Positions 18,511 through 31,890 of a stretch of 64,000 bases of DNA are shown one piece after another (the stretch's first letter is position 1; each line of letters opens with the position of its first letter). The translations under genes and the position numbers were made by a program. The notes beneath the pieces were generated by a model. The model did no database searches, was not told the origin of the DNA, and saw nothing but the letters and a program-made list of their open reading frames with translations. The stretch lies in NCBI RefSeq assembly GCF_009914755.1, contig NC_060926.1. The stretch is one strand, 5' to 3'. This stretch comes from the human T2T-CHM13v2.0 reference genome, Homo sapiens.

Positions 18511-19488
18511 AAGTCCTTTTTTAAAAGGCATAAATGTGGCATTAAAGAGACTGTGAAAGGGACGCTTATTTACAGTATGAGAGCTGAAACAAGAAGGCAG
18601 AACATTACTGTGTTTGACTTTAATTGGGAATGTGTGTACTGGATGACGCAAATACTCTGCCACTCTGCACATGTACAGGTCTGGCATGACTGAGAATGAC
18701 CACAAAAGTGCTGCAAGTGTTCTGGGGTTATAAATACATTTTAGCCAGTAGGTGAATTTGCGAATATGCAGTCCACGAATAATGAGGATCAACTACGTTA
18801 AAATTTATTTTATTACACAGAAAATTTCCAACAAACACAAAAGCAGAGTGAATAGTATAATGAACCTCTCTACATATACATCACATAACACAATTATATT
18901 TTGAAGGGAAGAAATGCTAGAAAAAGGTCTGATAAAATTCAACATCTCCTCCTGACAAACAGAAAACTTGGCTGGGAAACTACTTTTAATCTACTTTTTA
19001 AAACTTTGCCATTTATTTTCTAATGACATTTTATGTAGAACCTTAAACTCAAAATCATTCATTTAGAACTGGAATTTCTGCTCTTTCAAAAATTCTTCAT
19101 TGTGTGAATCCCTGAAGTACTAGAGAACCTACTAGTATTGCAAAGAGAAACAAGAAATGAGATACAAACATTTGAAAGAAAAGGACATAATGATCATCAT
19201 TTGTAATGCCTCTCTTCGCCTCAAAAAACTGAAATGCAAACAGACTTGGAGAAAATTATTTGTTCTTTTTTAATAAAATAGGAACAGGGCAAGAACAAAC
19301 AATATATAAAAGAAGTTCAAAATAGTTAACATATCAGGAAAAGAAGTTTAATCTAACCAATGACTGAAACACAAATTAAAGCAACAATGGATAAATCTGA
19401 ACTTTATACAAATGAGAAAAATAAAATATATGTAAAAAAATATAGCCATACTATGAAATACTATGAAACCATTAAAAAACAATGATGC

Positions 19489-19844
<356 letters not shown>

Positions 19845-19937
19845 TTATAAAATAATACAGAGTATTATAAAAATTTTAGCTCAAACACACATATACACTC
19901 ACATTGACCCTCAACTTCCTCATAAAAACAAATCTGA

Positions 19938-20394
19938 GGCTGGGTACAGTGGCTGAAGCCTGTAATCCCAGCACTTTGGGAGGTCGAGGTAGGCAGATCA
20001 CCTGAGGTCAGGAGTTTGAGACCACCCTGGCCAACATGGTGAGACCCTTGTCTCTACTAAAAATACAAAAATCAGCTGGGCATGGTGGCGCATGCCTGTA
20101 GTCCTAGCTAAGGAGGCTGCAGTGAACCGAGACCACACCACTGCACTCCAGCCTGTGTGACAGGGCAAGACCCTGACTCAAAAAAAAAAAAAAAAAAGCC
20201 CTCATCTCTACTAGAAATACAAAAATTAGCTGGATGTGGTGGCAGGTACCTGTAATCCCAGCTACTTGGGAGGCTGAGGCACGAGAATTGCTTCAACCCA
20301 GGAGGCAGAGGTTGCAATGAGCTGAGATTGCCTCACTGCACTCCAGCCTGAGTGACAGGGCAAGACTCCACCTCAAACAAACCAACCAAAAAAA
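19938..20394 (+). mobile_element. Internally deleted Alu (19938-20197) followed by an Alu right arm (20198-20394)
   Basis: Alu similarity; two A-tails. Confidence 0.85.
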
Positions 20395-21062
20395 CCCACA
20401 AATCTGTAAAGAAGGATTACAGTCAGTTTTCCACTTTATACCTGATTTAATTCTATAATGCTTGAGTATTTAACAAAAAATGGTTATTACTTTTATAATC
20501 TAGAATAAATTTTTCAATTTTGCAAATTAAAAATATTGTAAATGATCATGTAGAGCTACATAAAACACTGATACAGCATATGAACTCACTTTTGTAAAAG
20601 AAAAAGTATCAATTTTTGTTTAAAGCAATTTCTATCATTTCAAACTTTCACAGTGTTTTTATTCTCTTGGGAGCAGAACAAGTGAATTACACTTTCTGCT
20701 TTATTCTTTAGTTTTTGTGCTGTTTGAGTTTTAAAATAGTGCAATTAGCATTCAGCCCCTCCAAAATTCCCCAATACCCATAAATAATTTATTTTTTTGA
20801 GATAGAATAACAGTTAATATACTAATAAAAAGTGCTATGAAATTCCTCAATTAAAAACTCTTAAGAAAGTTTTAAACCGTTCAGTCTGTTCATAACATTG
20901 ACACTCATAAATTCTCCCTATCCACCCACCATGATTAGCTCATATCATCAATAAAGTCCTTACACCTTGCAATTTGTTTCATGTTTTGAGGCAGGAGGCA
21001 CTATCAATTAAGAGACTAAAATAATTTGTCACAAATGGAAAAAAAAACACTAGCAGATGGTA

Positions 21063-21285
21063 CAGGAAGAACATTCTCAAATCCGAAAATGTGCAATGTT
21101 TCAAAATCCAAAAACTTTTTGAGTGCCGACATGACTCTCAAAAAACATGCTCATTGGAGCATTTTGGATTTCAGATTTGGGATGCTCAGCCAGTAATGCA
21201 AATATTCCAAAAAAAAAAAAAAAAAAAATCCAAAATCCAAAACACTTCCAGTCCCAAGCATTCTGGATAAGGGATACTCAACCTG
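21063..21285. mobile_element. Tigger4a/MER46A MITE
   Basis: TA-flanked; ends agggatactcaacctg; a paralogous copy is at 25822. Confidence 0.8.
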
Positions 21286-21579
21286 TATATTTTTTCACTT
21301 ACGTGATGCTTCATACTTACATGCTGATCTCAATTAGAGTGAGCTACTGGACAGCAAGAACAAGACCCAGAAGACAATGCTCTATTATATGTGTATAAAA
21401 CACCTGTTTTATTCATCTATTATTCGGTAGGGTTCTTATTATGTGTTGTGTACCAAACAAAGCAAGAAAATAAGCAGTAGCACCTTCCAAGAGCTGACAA
21501 CAGGAAATAAGACCCACAAAAAACTACGATGGAAGGCAAGTAAGTAACTGTCATGCTCATTAACATGACTCAATTATCG

Positions 21580-21790
21580 AAGGCTTACACTGCACCAAGC
21601 ATAGAGCTAAATACTTTATAAATATTACTACATAACATCTTATAAGCTAGGTATTAATATATACTTGTTTTAAGAGAAGACACTGAGGATTGGAAAGGTT
21701 ATGCAATTTGCGTAGAGTAAACAGATTGTAAGCACAAATCCAGGATTCAAACACACATCTGTCTCACTGAAAAGGTCTTATTCATAACCA
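21580..21790 (-). mobile_element. MIR
   Basis: MIR core (actgagg...ggattcaaac). Confidence 0.65.
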
Positions 21791-22219
21791 CTGGGAAGTA
21801 TCACTCATGAGTTTTAACTGTTAAGAAGAAACAGACATGGCAGTCGTAAAATAAAGGGATGGGTGTGAAGGGAAATATTCTTGGTTCAGGCTTACTTGTA
21901 GCATGCATTCTATCTTTTAATTTGCTAAATTACTATGTTTAGGAAAAAGTGCCCCATTTGGACAGAACAAAGGCTCTCAGTATAACGGGAGAGAGACGAG
22001 TAAATGAAGGATTATAATACAATGTGACTGACTATTGGCAGAATAAATGGCCCAACCTTTCAGGAAGGCAAATCAACATTATTTGAAAATTTAAAACTCC
22101 ACCAGTACTCTTCTCAAAGTCTGTCAGTATTCATCAGGGGAGGATACTGAAAGAATAGACAAACTCTTAACAATGGTGGCCCTAAGAGTGAAATGTATGT
22201 ATAAAGTGCTGGAATTTTA

Positions 22220-22618
<399 letters not shown>

Positions 22619-22799
22619 CTATATATCATGGGACATATTAAATACTATAGAAGCAAAGTAGAATTTTTAAAATAATGGGCATGTATTAATTCTACAATAA
22701 AAATATTATAAAACACAATTAAAAAATGCTATTATCATGGGACATATTAAATACTACAGAAGCAAAGAACTCTGCTAAAGAGACGGAGATGTCTTAGAA

Positions 22800-22970
22800 A
22801 GCTTCTAGCTTCTGTTTATACTCCACCAATTACTATGAGACTTTGGGCAAGTAGCTTCATTCTGAACGTGTTTCCTCATTTATAAAGTGGAATAGGAATG
22901 CTTGTTCTGCCTACTTCACAAACTTGCAGGGATGATCAAATGTGAAAAAGTATGAAAAGTATAAAGTTAT
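22800..22970 (+). mobile_element. MIR
   Basis: ttgggcaagt...tttcctcatttataaa core. Confidence 0.7.
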
Positions 22971-23096
22971 AAACTAGTGTGTCAATTGATATTTTTAGAC
23001 AATTCTGAACACTACAGTAGGCCAATTTTCTATAAGAACAGGGTCTGTCTAAATGATCCTAACGTTTCTTCTCTGTTGTTGAGGCTAAATTTTTAG

Positions 23097-23277
23097 CACT
23101 GTCTGAAAGAACTTTCTATGATGAGAATATTCTGTATTTGTGCTGTCTGTCCAAAATGGGAGCCGTTAGCCACATGTGGTCATTAAGCTCTTGAAATACA
23201 GCTAGTGTGACGGAATTACTGAATTTAAATGTAAATAGCTGCATGTGGTCAGTGGTTACTGTATTGAATTGCCCAGT
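23097..23277. mobile_element. MER3-like hAT-Charlie MITE
   Basis: agccacatgtgg and gtggttactgtattg motifs. Confidence 0.7.
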
Positions 23278-23699
23278 CTTATCTTTTGTTCACTTCTCTC
23301 CTCATCTAGATAATTACAAATATAAAAATATTAACAAACGGGAAGTTTCTCAAAAACACTCTTCACTTAAATAATTAAAGTTTACTCTTTTTTTTCAATT
23401 TTTTTTTTTTTTAGCTACTCCTTCTCCAGCTGAAAATAATTAAACTTTAGAGCGATGCTAGAAAAGTAGCTTGAAGTCTTAGATTTCATCAGTCTTTAGG
23501 GTCAAATTATTTGTAAGGATGTTTTACAGGAATCTAAAATTGATTAACCATGGGTTAATACTTTACAGTGACTTTTAAGAAAGAAAAGTTACATGTTTTT
23601 GTTTTGTTTTTAAAGATTTACTTTGGTCTGTGAGGAATATGTAAGACAAAAAATTCGGAGTCCTTACCGAAAGAGCTTTAATAATGAAACCAATCCTAC

Positions 23700-23792
23700 C
23701 TTTAGCTCTGCTTGTATGAACTCTTGCACGTACCCAAACAACTTCATCAGCTTTTTGTATTGTCAAGTCTCTAACCCGAACCAAAACTCGAT
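23700..23792 (-). CDS. DARS1: DARS1 exon 3 ([32 protein letters not shown]), start of the OB-fold anticodon-binding domain
   Basis: Acceptor TATTACAG, donor AAG|GTAGGA; 93 nt; also seen in ORF track 23575..23784. Confidence 0.97.
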
Positions 23793-25821
23793 CTGTAATA
23801 ACAGTAAACGATTTTTATATAGTAAAATAATTTTTAAATTCAGAATTTACAAAGAGATCATAATTATTTTTGACAGCTAGCATAAGTACTTGGAACCATC
23901 CTGAATAATTCTCAATCTTTGACAACACTGTCTTCTCTATCATGTTCCATGTGCAATTTGCCTCAAGTTTTGTGAACTGTGCTTTCTAAACATATTTTTA
24001 AAATCCGTCTATTTCTCTACCATCTTCACTGCCGCCATACTAAACCAAGCTATTGTCTCCCACCTGAACTACAGCAATAGCTTCCTAACTGCAATCCCTG
24101 TGTCCCCTTCTAATTCAGTCTCCTTTGAAGTCAGACAGTTTCAAAATGCAAATCTGAACACTTCAATGACTTGTAAGGCCAAACACAGCCTATCCTGCCT
24201 AGGACATGGAACTTTTGCCTGCCTGCCACAGTACCTAAGTCAGCTAGTCTCTACCAAGTCTGAACAGTCGCAGTATCCTATTCCCCAGGATGCAGTGACT
24301 CTAACTGAGCTAATGCAAGTCTTTCTCTGGGACTAAATATACAGATGCTGGGAATGAAGCTCTCTTTCCTGGGATTGCTGCGCTGACATGGTGCAGGCCC
24401 AGGGCTGCAGCTTTCACCTTTCCTGCTATGTTTGCAGGATTCGAGAAGGAGGCCAATATCCTAAAGGAAACAGAGCCAAAAGCTGGAGAGAGAAAGGCCT
24501 GTAGATGCTTCCTGAGCCCCAAGATCCAATCATGCTTGATGTCATCTCATACATTTCCCTATCGAGCCTTTTGGCTGTAAGTGAGCCCCAACTATTATGC
24601 TCCTAATACTAAACAAAATACTACATTCATCTAGAGTTCCTAAACAGGAAAACAGCTACAAAACAACTGTTATGTAAAGATGTGTATACAACGCAACATT
24701 CAACAATCATTTTTGCTACTCTTCTAAATGCAATCATTTGATTAGAGAAAAACATTTAAGTATTAGTTAAATTAAACATAGCAATAGACATGACATTACA
24801 ATATCGAGAATACCTTTTGAGACATAAAGTCAAATTATAAATACTGTATGTCTTACCGAATTTTTCTAAATGTATTTATAATTTGCCTATTGAAGAAAAG
24901 ATGCAGCTGCAGAGAGAATCTGATTTACAGGAGAATAAATAACACGGTTCTCATAGCCAAAAGCAAAGAGAATGAAAGAGGAATTTTAAAGCCACTGGCA
25001 TCACAAGAGGATTTCTGCAAAACACTGCCAACAGACTTTATGAGTTAAGCCAACTTCCAAGTCTGCTGTGTAAACTCAGGCAAAAGAAAGCGTGAAAGAG
25101 AAAAGACAGACACATCAGCAGAAGATTTTAAAAGGCAGATTTGAAAATGCCAAGACTGAAAAAGCAATGGCTAACCAAGCAATCACAACTCAAAACCACA
25201 CAAAACAGAAAAGCAGAAGTCTAAGAGATATGCGATAATTAGGATAATTTTACTAGCACTTTGGAGAAGAAAAAGGGTAATGGCTCTTCTTTCTTGTGGC
25301 ATGGCAATTAACTAGCATAGGGGTTCTCAACCTTTAATACACCCGAACATACCCGAAGCCCATGCCATACTCACATCACTATGACTGGCTAACCAGTAAC
25401 AACCAAGGTAGTAGGATTTCAGTTTGAAAACTGCACTTTTAAGAGTCATGGGCATCAGAGTGATTAATGCAGAGAAATGGAAGCAGATGAGAAAGGAAAC
25501 CACCTTGAGCAAAGAATTGGCATTTTTGCAGAGGTAAAACCAAAGGCCGAATTTTACATACATAGGTTATCTTTCTCTCTAAGTGGAAGAACGCAACTGT
25601 CTGTGGATTTGCCAGCAAAAGAACAACAGCAATTATGTTAATGGCTGCTTTGGGCCTATGTTAAAGACCTAAACTCCAGTGAGCTTCTTTGTGTTACAGC
25701 TCAAGGAAGTACAGTTGAGAAAGACACCTAACCTGAAAACAAAGTCTCAAGTGTCTCCTCCTGCTTGCCCTGGCAGAGGAATATCATCCCCTATACTCTA
25801 TTGCTCATAGTCTATTTTACA

Positions 25822-26043
25822 TAGGTTGAGCATTCCTAACCCGAAAACCCGGAATGCTCCCAAATCCAAAACTTTTTGAGTGCTGACATGATGGTCAAAG
25901 GAGATGCTCATCGGAGGATTTTGGATTTTCAGATTAGGGATGCTCAAGTGGTAAATATAATGCAAATATTCCAAAGTCCAAAAAAATAAAGTCCAAAACA
26001 CTTTTGTGGTCTCAAGCATTTTGGCTAAGGGATACTCAACCTG
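25822..26043. mobile_element. Tigger4a/MER46A MITE
   Basis: TIRs aggttgagcattcct / agggatactcaacctg. Confidence 0.82.
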
Positions 26044-26100
26044 TACTCAATTACTTTATTTCATCTTTATGTTTTGGAAATGATTTTCAGAAATTTTGGC

Positions 26101-26345
26101 TTTTTTTTTTTTTTGACAGGGTCTCACTCTGTTGCCCAGGCTGAAGTCCAGTGGTGTGATCGTGGCTCACCGCAGCCTTGACCTCACAGGCTCAAGTGAT
26201 CCTCCCATCAGCCTCCTGAGTAGCTGGGATAAAAGGTGTATGCCACCACGCCTAGCTAATTTTTTTACTTTCTGTAGAGATGGGGTCTCACTATGTTTCC
26301 CAGGCTAGTTTCAAATTCCTGGGCTCAAGTGATCCTCCCAACTCA
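26101..26345 (-). mobile_element. 5'-truncated AluJ
   Basis: Alu similarity; TSD aattttgg. Confidence 0.88.
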
Positions 26346-26738
26346 GTCTCTGAATTTTGGTCTTTTATTGTATTCTTTCCCAACAAGCCTGGGAAAGAAA
26401 AGTGATTTTGTGATCATGTGGCAAATCAAATATAACAATAAAATTAACCTAGAGGTGTTTTATTTCCAAAGCATAATATTCATAGGCAGCCCTCTAAACT
26501 GGAAGCAGTGCTTCCAATGGGCAAGAATGTAAACGTCTACAATTACTGCACCAAAGAGTGAGAGACGTAATTTGAAGTGTCTACCAAAAGAAAAATTACT
26601 GTCAAATAGTTAAGTAAGACAAATCTGTTGAAATTACATATATAGAATAGAAGTAAAAGAAAGGCAAACATTTATAAATAAAAAATCTACAGGTCTGAGA
26701 GAAACAACATGAGTCAGGTCAATTTCAAAGAAATATAA

Positions 26739-27078
<340 letters not shown>

Positions 27079-27822
27079 TTATAAGAAAAGATAGACTGGG
27101 GTCTAAGAATAATTCATTTCATTCCCAGACACTAAAGCTACGAGTAAACAAAATGGAGTGGGGGTGGAGGCTTTAAAACTCAAATCATAGTACTGCCAAA
27201 GAAGCCAGAGAAGATGTAAGATGGAAGGACCCATGGACTCTAGGGTCAGATGGCCTTTGGTTCTAATCCCAAGTCTGGCAGACTCTGTGTAAGTCAAGTT
27301 TCTTATCTTTCAACTTTGGTTCCTTAGTTTTCAAGGATGCTGTAGAGAATAAGTGAAAATATAAATGTTTGGGAAGAGTCAAGCAAAATAGGAATAAATA
27401 ATAGCTAAAAACAGTCAGAGAAGTAAAGTTGTGGGGGTTGGGGGAAGTAAAAGAGGTAGCTTTATTAAAGCATGCAAAAAGGCTACATGTGATGAAGGCA
27501 GTTATTAGCCACTCTCCTATCTCCTAGACAACGGTTGAATCTTACCTAATAATTTAGGAATATTTAAAAAATATAATCTACCATTTAAAACATACCATTT
27601 AACCTACAATACCTAATAACATTTTTTTTCCTTTTCTAGAGTTGGAACCCTAAACTGACAATGTTTACACAGGGTTATGACATCTACTTGGATTATTAAT
27701 GTCATTTAAGCTTTTCAGAATTATACCTTCAGATTTATGCCAACCTTACTTAAAACTTCATTTAGAGCTTTCCTGGAATTAGAAAGCAAAAAAGCTTTAT
27801 TTACTGTCACATAGCTACTAAC

Positions 27823-27880
27823 CTGGTTTTTCTTGTGATTGTATCATTGAAGATATTCCATATCTCTCTTTAGCATAATC
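27823..27880 (-). CDS. DARS1: DARS1 exon 2 (DYAKERYGISSMIQSQEKP)
   Basis: Acceptor TTTTTTGTAG, donor CAG|GTTAGT; 58 nt; in frame with exon 1. Confidence 0.96.
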
Positions 27881-29499
27881 CTACAAAAAAAGTTTTTTGC
27901 ATCGTGACTTTTTATGTAAACACTAAGAGCACAGTAAACACATAAATACTAATAATAGAATATAAAAATGAATTTAACTTTCAGGATCATTTTATTAATT
28001 CAGAAAGTCAGTAGTTTCATAATGTGGAAATCTCTCATTCATTTACATATGTACTCTACAGAAAACAGAAAAGTACTGTTTCTGGTTAGTTTGTTTTGAA
28101 GATCACCACTCCTAGATGGATTTACCATACTTAATAACATTCTCAGATAAAATTTACACATATGTACAACACATCTTAACTACCTTCTTCAAAAAGATGA
28201 AACTACTTCAAAGCAGGGACATAAATTTCCTCTGTGAAGGGAGTAGGATGAAGTACCACAGTTTTATTAACTTCCTATTACAGGAAGAAATGTTCAAAGA
28301 GAACCAACGTTTTGGGTAAGCTTTCTGAGCACCAGATGTCCACAGTTTTTAGAAACTGGAGATGCTGGGTATAAGCTAACTACAACTTTCCTTTTGTAAA
28401 ACATCATCAAAAAATTCACCAGCTTCCTGTTTCTAAAAACCAGATTCAGGATACCAGGTTACAGGAGTTTGACACTGACAATATAATAATATCAAATTTC
28501 TTGTTACAGATTAGAGTTAGGAACAGGAAACAGAAGACCTAGGGTCCAATCTGTTAACAAAATATACTTATTAAATAGATAAGTGGCCTTTATTTCAATC
28601 TTACTTTACCTCTAAAATGATCTAAGATTCTTCTAGCTATAAAATGGCATAACTCTGCCACAATGTCTACCTTGTATCTAGACCTATACTATCTGTAAGG
28701 GTACACTGATAGTTTATGTAATTAAGCAGATTAAGAGTACACAAAAATAATTGCCCTAGTTTTTACAAGGTAACTTAAGATCTGTATGAAACAATTAAGT
28801 TTCTGTCACTTTACAGCTACCTGTTGGAATCCTCTCCTTTAGAGCAGGAGGGTGCTGGATTTTGTGTTTACACCAAAATAAAACCAGACATGTTTAAGGC
28901 GCTTACTGAACAATTTAAAGAAAAAGATAACCCTGGCCAGAGTAGAGAGATACAGTCACACAATGAAGCCTGAGGGCAACAGAAGGAGATTAAATTGTGT
29001 GAAGGACAAAAAAGTTGCATTCATAATTAGTACTATTAATATTTCAGTGACTCTTCCTCATTTAGTATTCTAAGATGACCTTACTTCTCATGTTGCTTAC
29101 CACAAACTCAGAACTCCTTATAGAAAAATTAGGGAGCCAGACGGAAATTAAGGCTTAACAGTACTACAGCACACATAACTTGTAGGATGGTTTCAAACTT
29201 TGATTTCTGAAAAGCACCGAAGGATCACTGGGTGTTATGAATTATCCACGTGATTTGGGGTCACTTCACCTCAAATGCATTCTCGGTAACTCCTATTACC
29301 TACCTTACCGGGTCACTGAGAGGGAGAAAGTAAATAAAAATGACATGTGTTCTTTAAAGCTGTCACATGGGAAATGGTCATTAAACATATTGGCAGATGG
29401 TTTTGCTAAGTACTGTCATTACTTGCTAAAGCATTAGGAACACGAGGGCTGAGTACATATCGATTACTAGTGCTTATTAAAATTTTCCCAGGGATTGTG

Positions 29500-30430
29500 C
29501 ATTACGTGCAGAACGTGCCTAACCCAGAGAGACTCAAGTGTGACGCCGCGCTCCTACTTCCGGGGCGGCTGGTTCTTCCCGTCCTCCCCACCCCGGGGAC
29601 ACGCTTCTAGTAGGCCAAACTCCCAGGTGACCCCCGCAAGAAACGCGGTCCGGAGAGGGTCTGGCCCCACTGCTGGGGCAAGGGCTCTAGGCGCCCGGAC
29701 CCCACGCCCGCAGCCTGCGGAGAACGTGCCGACAAGGACCTGTAGGGCCCCACTCCCCCTCCTCCCTCCCTCGGCGCAGCCCGGCCCAGGGGTCTGTCCT
29801 CCCAGGCCCAGGAAAGGAGGAAACCCACTTCCGCCGCGTCCATGATCTCCCGCGGCTTCTCCTGACTCTTGCGGCTGGCGCTGGCGCTGGGCATCGGGAC
29901 ACGGAACTGGGCAGTGGACACCACCCTCCCTCGCAGGCTTCCGTAAGGCAGGCCAAAGGGGCTTCTCCCTCCCTCCCAGTCTCCGCCCTCCCGACCCTGG
30001 GGTCTCAGCACACGCGCTCGGACTCCGCGTGGAGGTGCGGCTCCAGAAAGATCGCGAGAGCTGCGGCTATCTCGAGATCCCGGAGCGCTGGCGGCCGCGC
30101 GCAGGGTCTCCTCCCACTCTTGCCCCGCCCCTCCGGGAGTTTTCCCGGAGTTGGAGGGAATTCCCGGGAATTCGCGGTAGTTTCGCTGGATTGGCTCTGG
30201 GGGCGGGGGCAGGGGTTACCAGGTGGCTGGCTGTAGACCTGGGCGAATGCCAGCTCTCTTCAGCTTCGTCCCAACTGCGACTTCTGCTCCATTCTTCTAA
30301 CAGCCCTTTCAACTCCGCTCGGCTGTAACCGCAGACTCGTCACTACAACACCCACCTAAGCGCGGGCCTTGGTTTCTCCTCTCTTGGACTTTCCCGCCTT
30401 CTCTCTTCCCCTGGGCGACGTAGCTGCTTG
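29500..30430. promoter_or_regulatory. CpG island / DARS1 promoter, probably shared with antisense transcription
   Basis: Sharp rise in GC and CpG; GC boxes (30122-30130, ~30200); CCAAT (ATTGG 30190-30194); ETS ACTTCCGG 29556-29563; TCGCGA core 30052-30057. Confidence 0.92.
29829..29894 (-). CDS. DARS1: DARS1 coding exon 1 (aa 1-22, MPSASASRKSQEKPREIMDAAE)
   Basis: ATG at 29894-29892; the peptide matches the human AspRS N-terminus; donor GAA|GTGGGT; 66 nt, phase 0. Confidence 0.97.
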
Positions 30431-31589
30431 GGGACGGAGGAGGCCTCTTCGCAATCCATTGCCCTGCTTGTTGGGACAGAGGAGTGCAGTTGGCTTGCCA
30501 AGGCAGCATGGGTTACCAGTCCCTGTGTAAGTGAGGTGTAAATACAGTGGCAACGACAACAAGAAACGCATACAATTGCATTGATTGCCTGGATCTGTTG
30601 CAGTGTTAGGGACAGTGCATAGTGTTGGTTGCCCAATGGGCGAATATCCCCAAGTTAGGCTTTTTTAAAAAACTGATTTTTTAAAAAAGCTATCATTCAT
30701 GAGTTTTGAATCGAAATTGAAAATAATTTGGAGATTTGGTTTAATACTGTTTCCCCTGCCAGAGTTTGCACTCCGTCGTTTCAACTGACTTGGTAGTGTC
30801 TTAGTCTGGCACAAAGTGTTAAGGGGTGCACATAGATCCCAGCGCAAGTGAAAGGCTCTCTCTGGAGGCTCCCCCATGGAGTAGTGAGAAGACAGCCATG
30901 GTCCTTGCTTGCCTGTAGCTTTCCTTCTAATTGCAGGTGGTATGAAATTTTATTCCCTATTTAATTGATCAAAGATTATTTACAAACATCTACTTTGTGC
31001 CAGGCATTCTATCAGGTGCTGGCAATAAAAAGATAAGTCCTAGTTCCTGTTCTTAATATTACACAGGTACCTAGGCTGATAGATGCGCCATCTTGATACA
31101 TGCTTCCATTATTACAGAGTCAGGAAGAGAATTTAGCTCTTAAAATGGCTGCCTGGAAGTGACACATTTCACATTCTCCTAGTTTATTGGCGAGAACAAG
31201 TCACATCGTCATTCCTGAGTTCATGGGGGCAGGAGAATTTACTCATTCCTTGGGGAGCAACACTGAATATTCATGATCAGTATCACATTCCGTTAAAAAA
31301 GGCATCCCATTATACTCATGGGATTCGAATACAGAAGGGGGTCTGTGAAGTTGCTTCATCTTGGAATTTTTTTTAAAACTTGGATTGCCTCAATCAGGTA
31401 TAGTCCTAATGTATGGACTGGTTATCAGAAATCTGAATACAAATCCCATCTATTATCCCTTTGCTAGGGTAGCGATCTTACCTTTCCATCTGTCCATGAG
31501 GCCTGTCCATGTACTTCTTTCTTACTTTGGCCCCGTTGCCTTGATAAAAGTATTCTTATTTAGTCCTGGAATAAGACTGTAAATATATA

Positions 31590-31890
31590 TTCTTGTTTCT
31601 GGCCTCCTTTCCTGATAGTGATAGAAAAGAAGCATTTGCCAGATCAGTGGCCACATGTCATATGCCTGAGGTCTTAAGAATCTGCTGTAGTAAAGATACC
31701 ACAGCTGCAACTGAGGCTGTGACTTGGTTGAACTTGCAGTAGTCTACTGTCAAGTTCCTGAATTTGTCTGGTTTTTGCTGGAGCCACACCGGTGACAATA
31801 GGAATGTGATGGAGACTACCAACCATTACGTCTTTAAGGGTTGCACTGATCTCCACTATTCCCCTTGGGGACATGTTATTGTTTATGATT
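31590..31890 (-). mobile_element. ERVL pol (reverse transcriptase) relic
   Basis: Frameshifted peptides PRGIVEISATLKD, LTVDYCKFNQV, DLANA resemble the ERVL RT N-terminus. Confidence 0.75.

Larger units (their letters stand above)
14150..18794. mobile_element. MER82 (Tigger MITE) split into halves 14150-14518 and 18524-18794
   Basis: TIR-like ends agttgattct / gaggatcaact; both halves follow the recalled MER82 consensus. Confidence 0.8.

Noticed and set aside
29607-30011. 134-aa ORF containing DARS1 exon 1 with a GTG-initiated N-terminal extension
   Set aside because: It is exon 1 read through into intron 1. An open upstream frame is expected in GC-rich DNA, and there is no evidence of non-AUG initiation.
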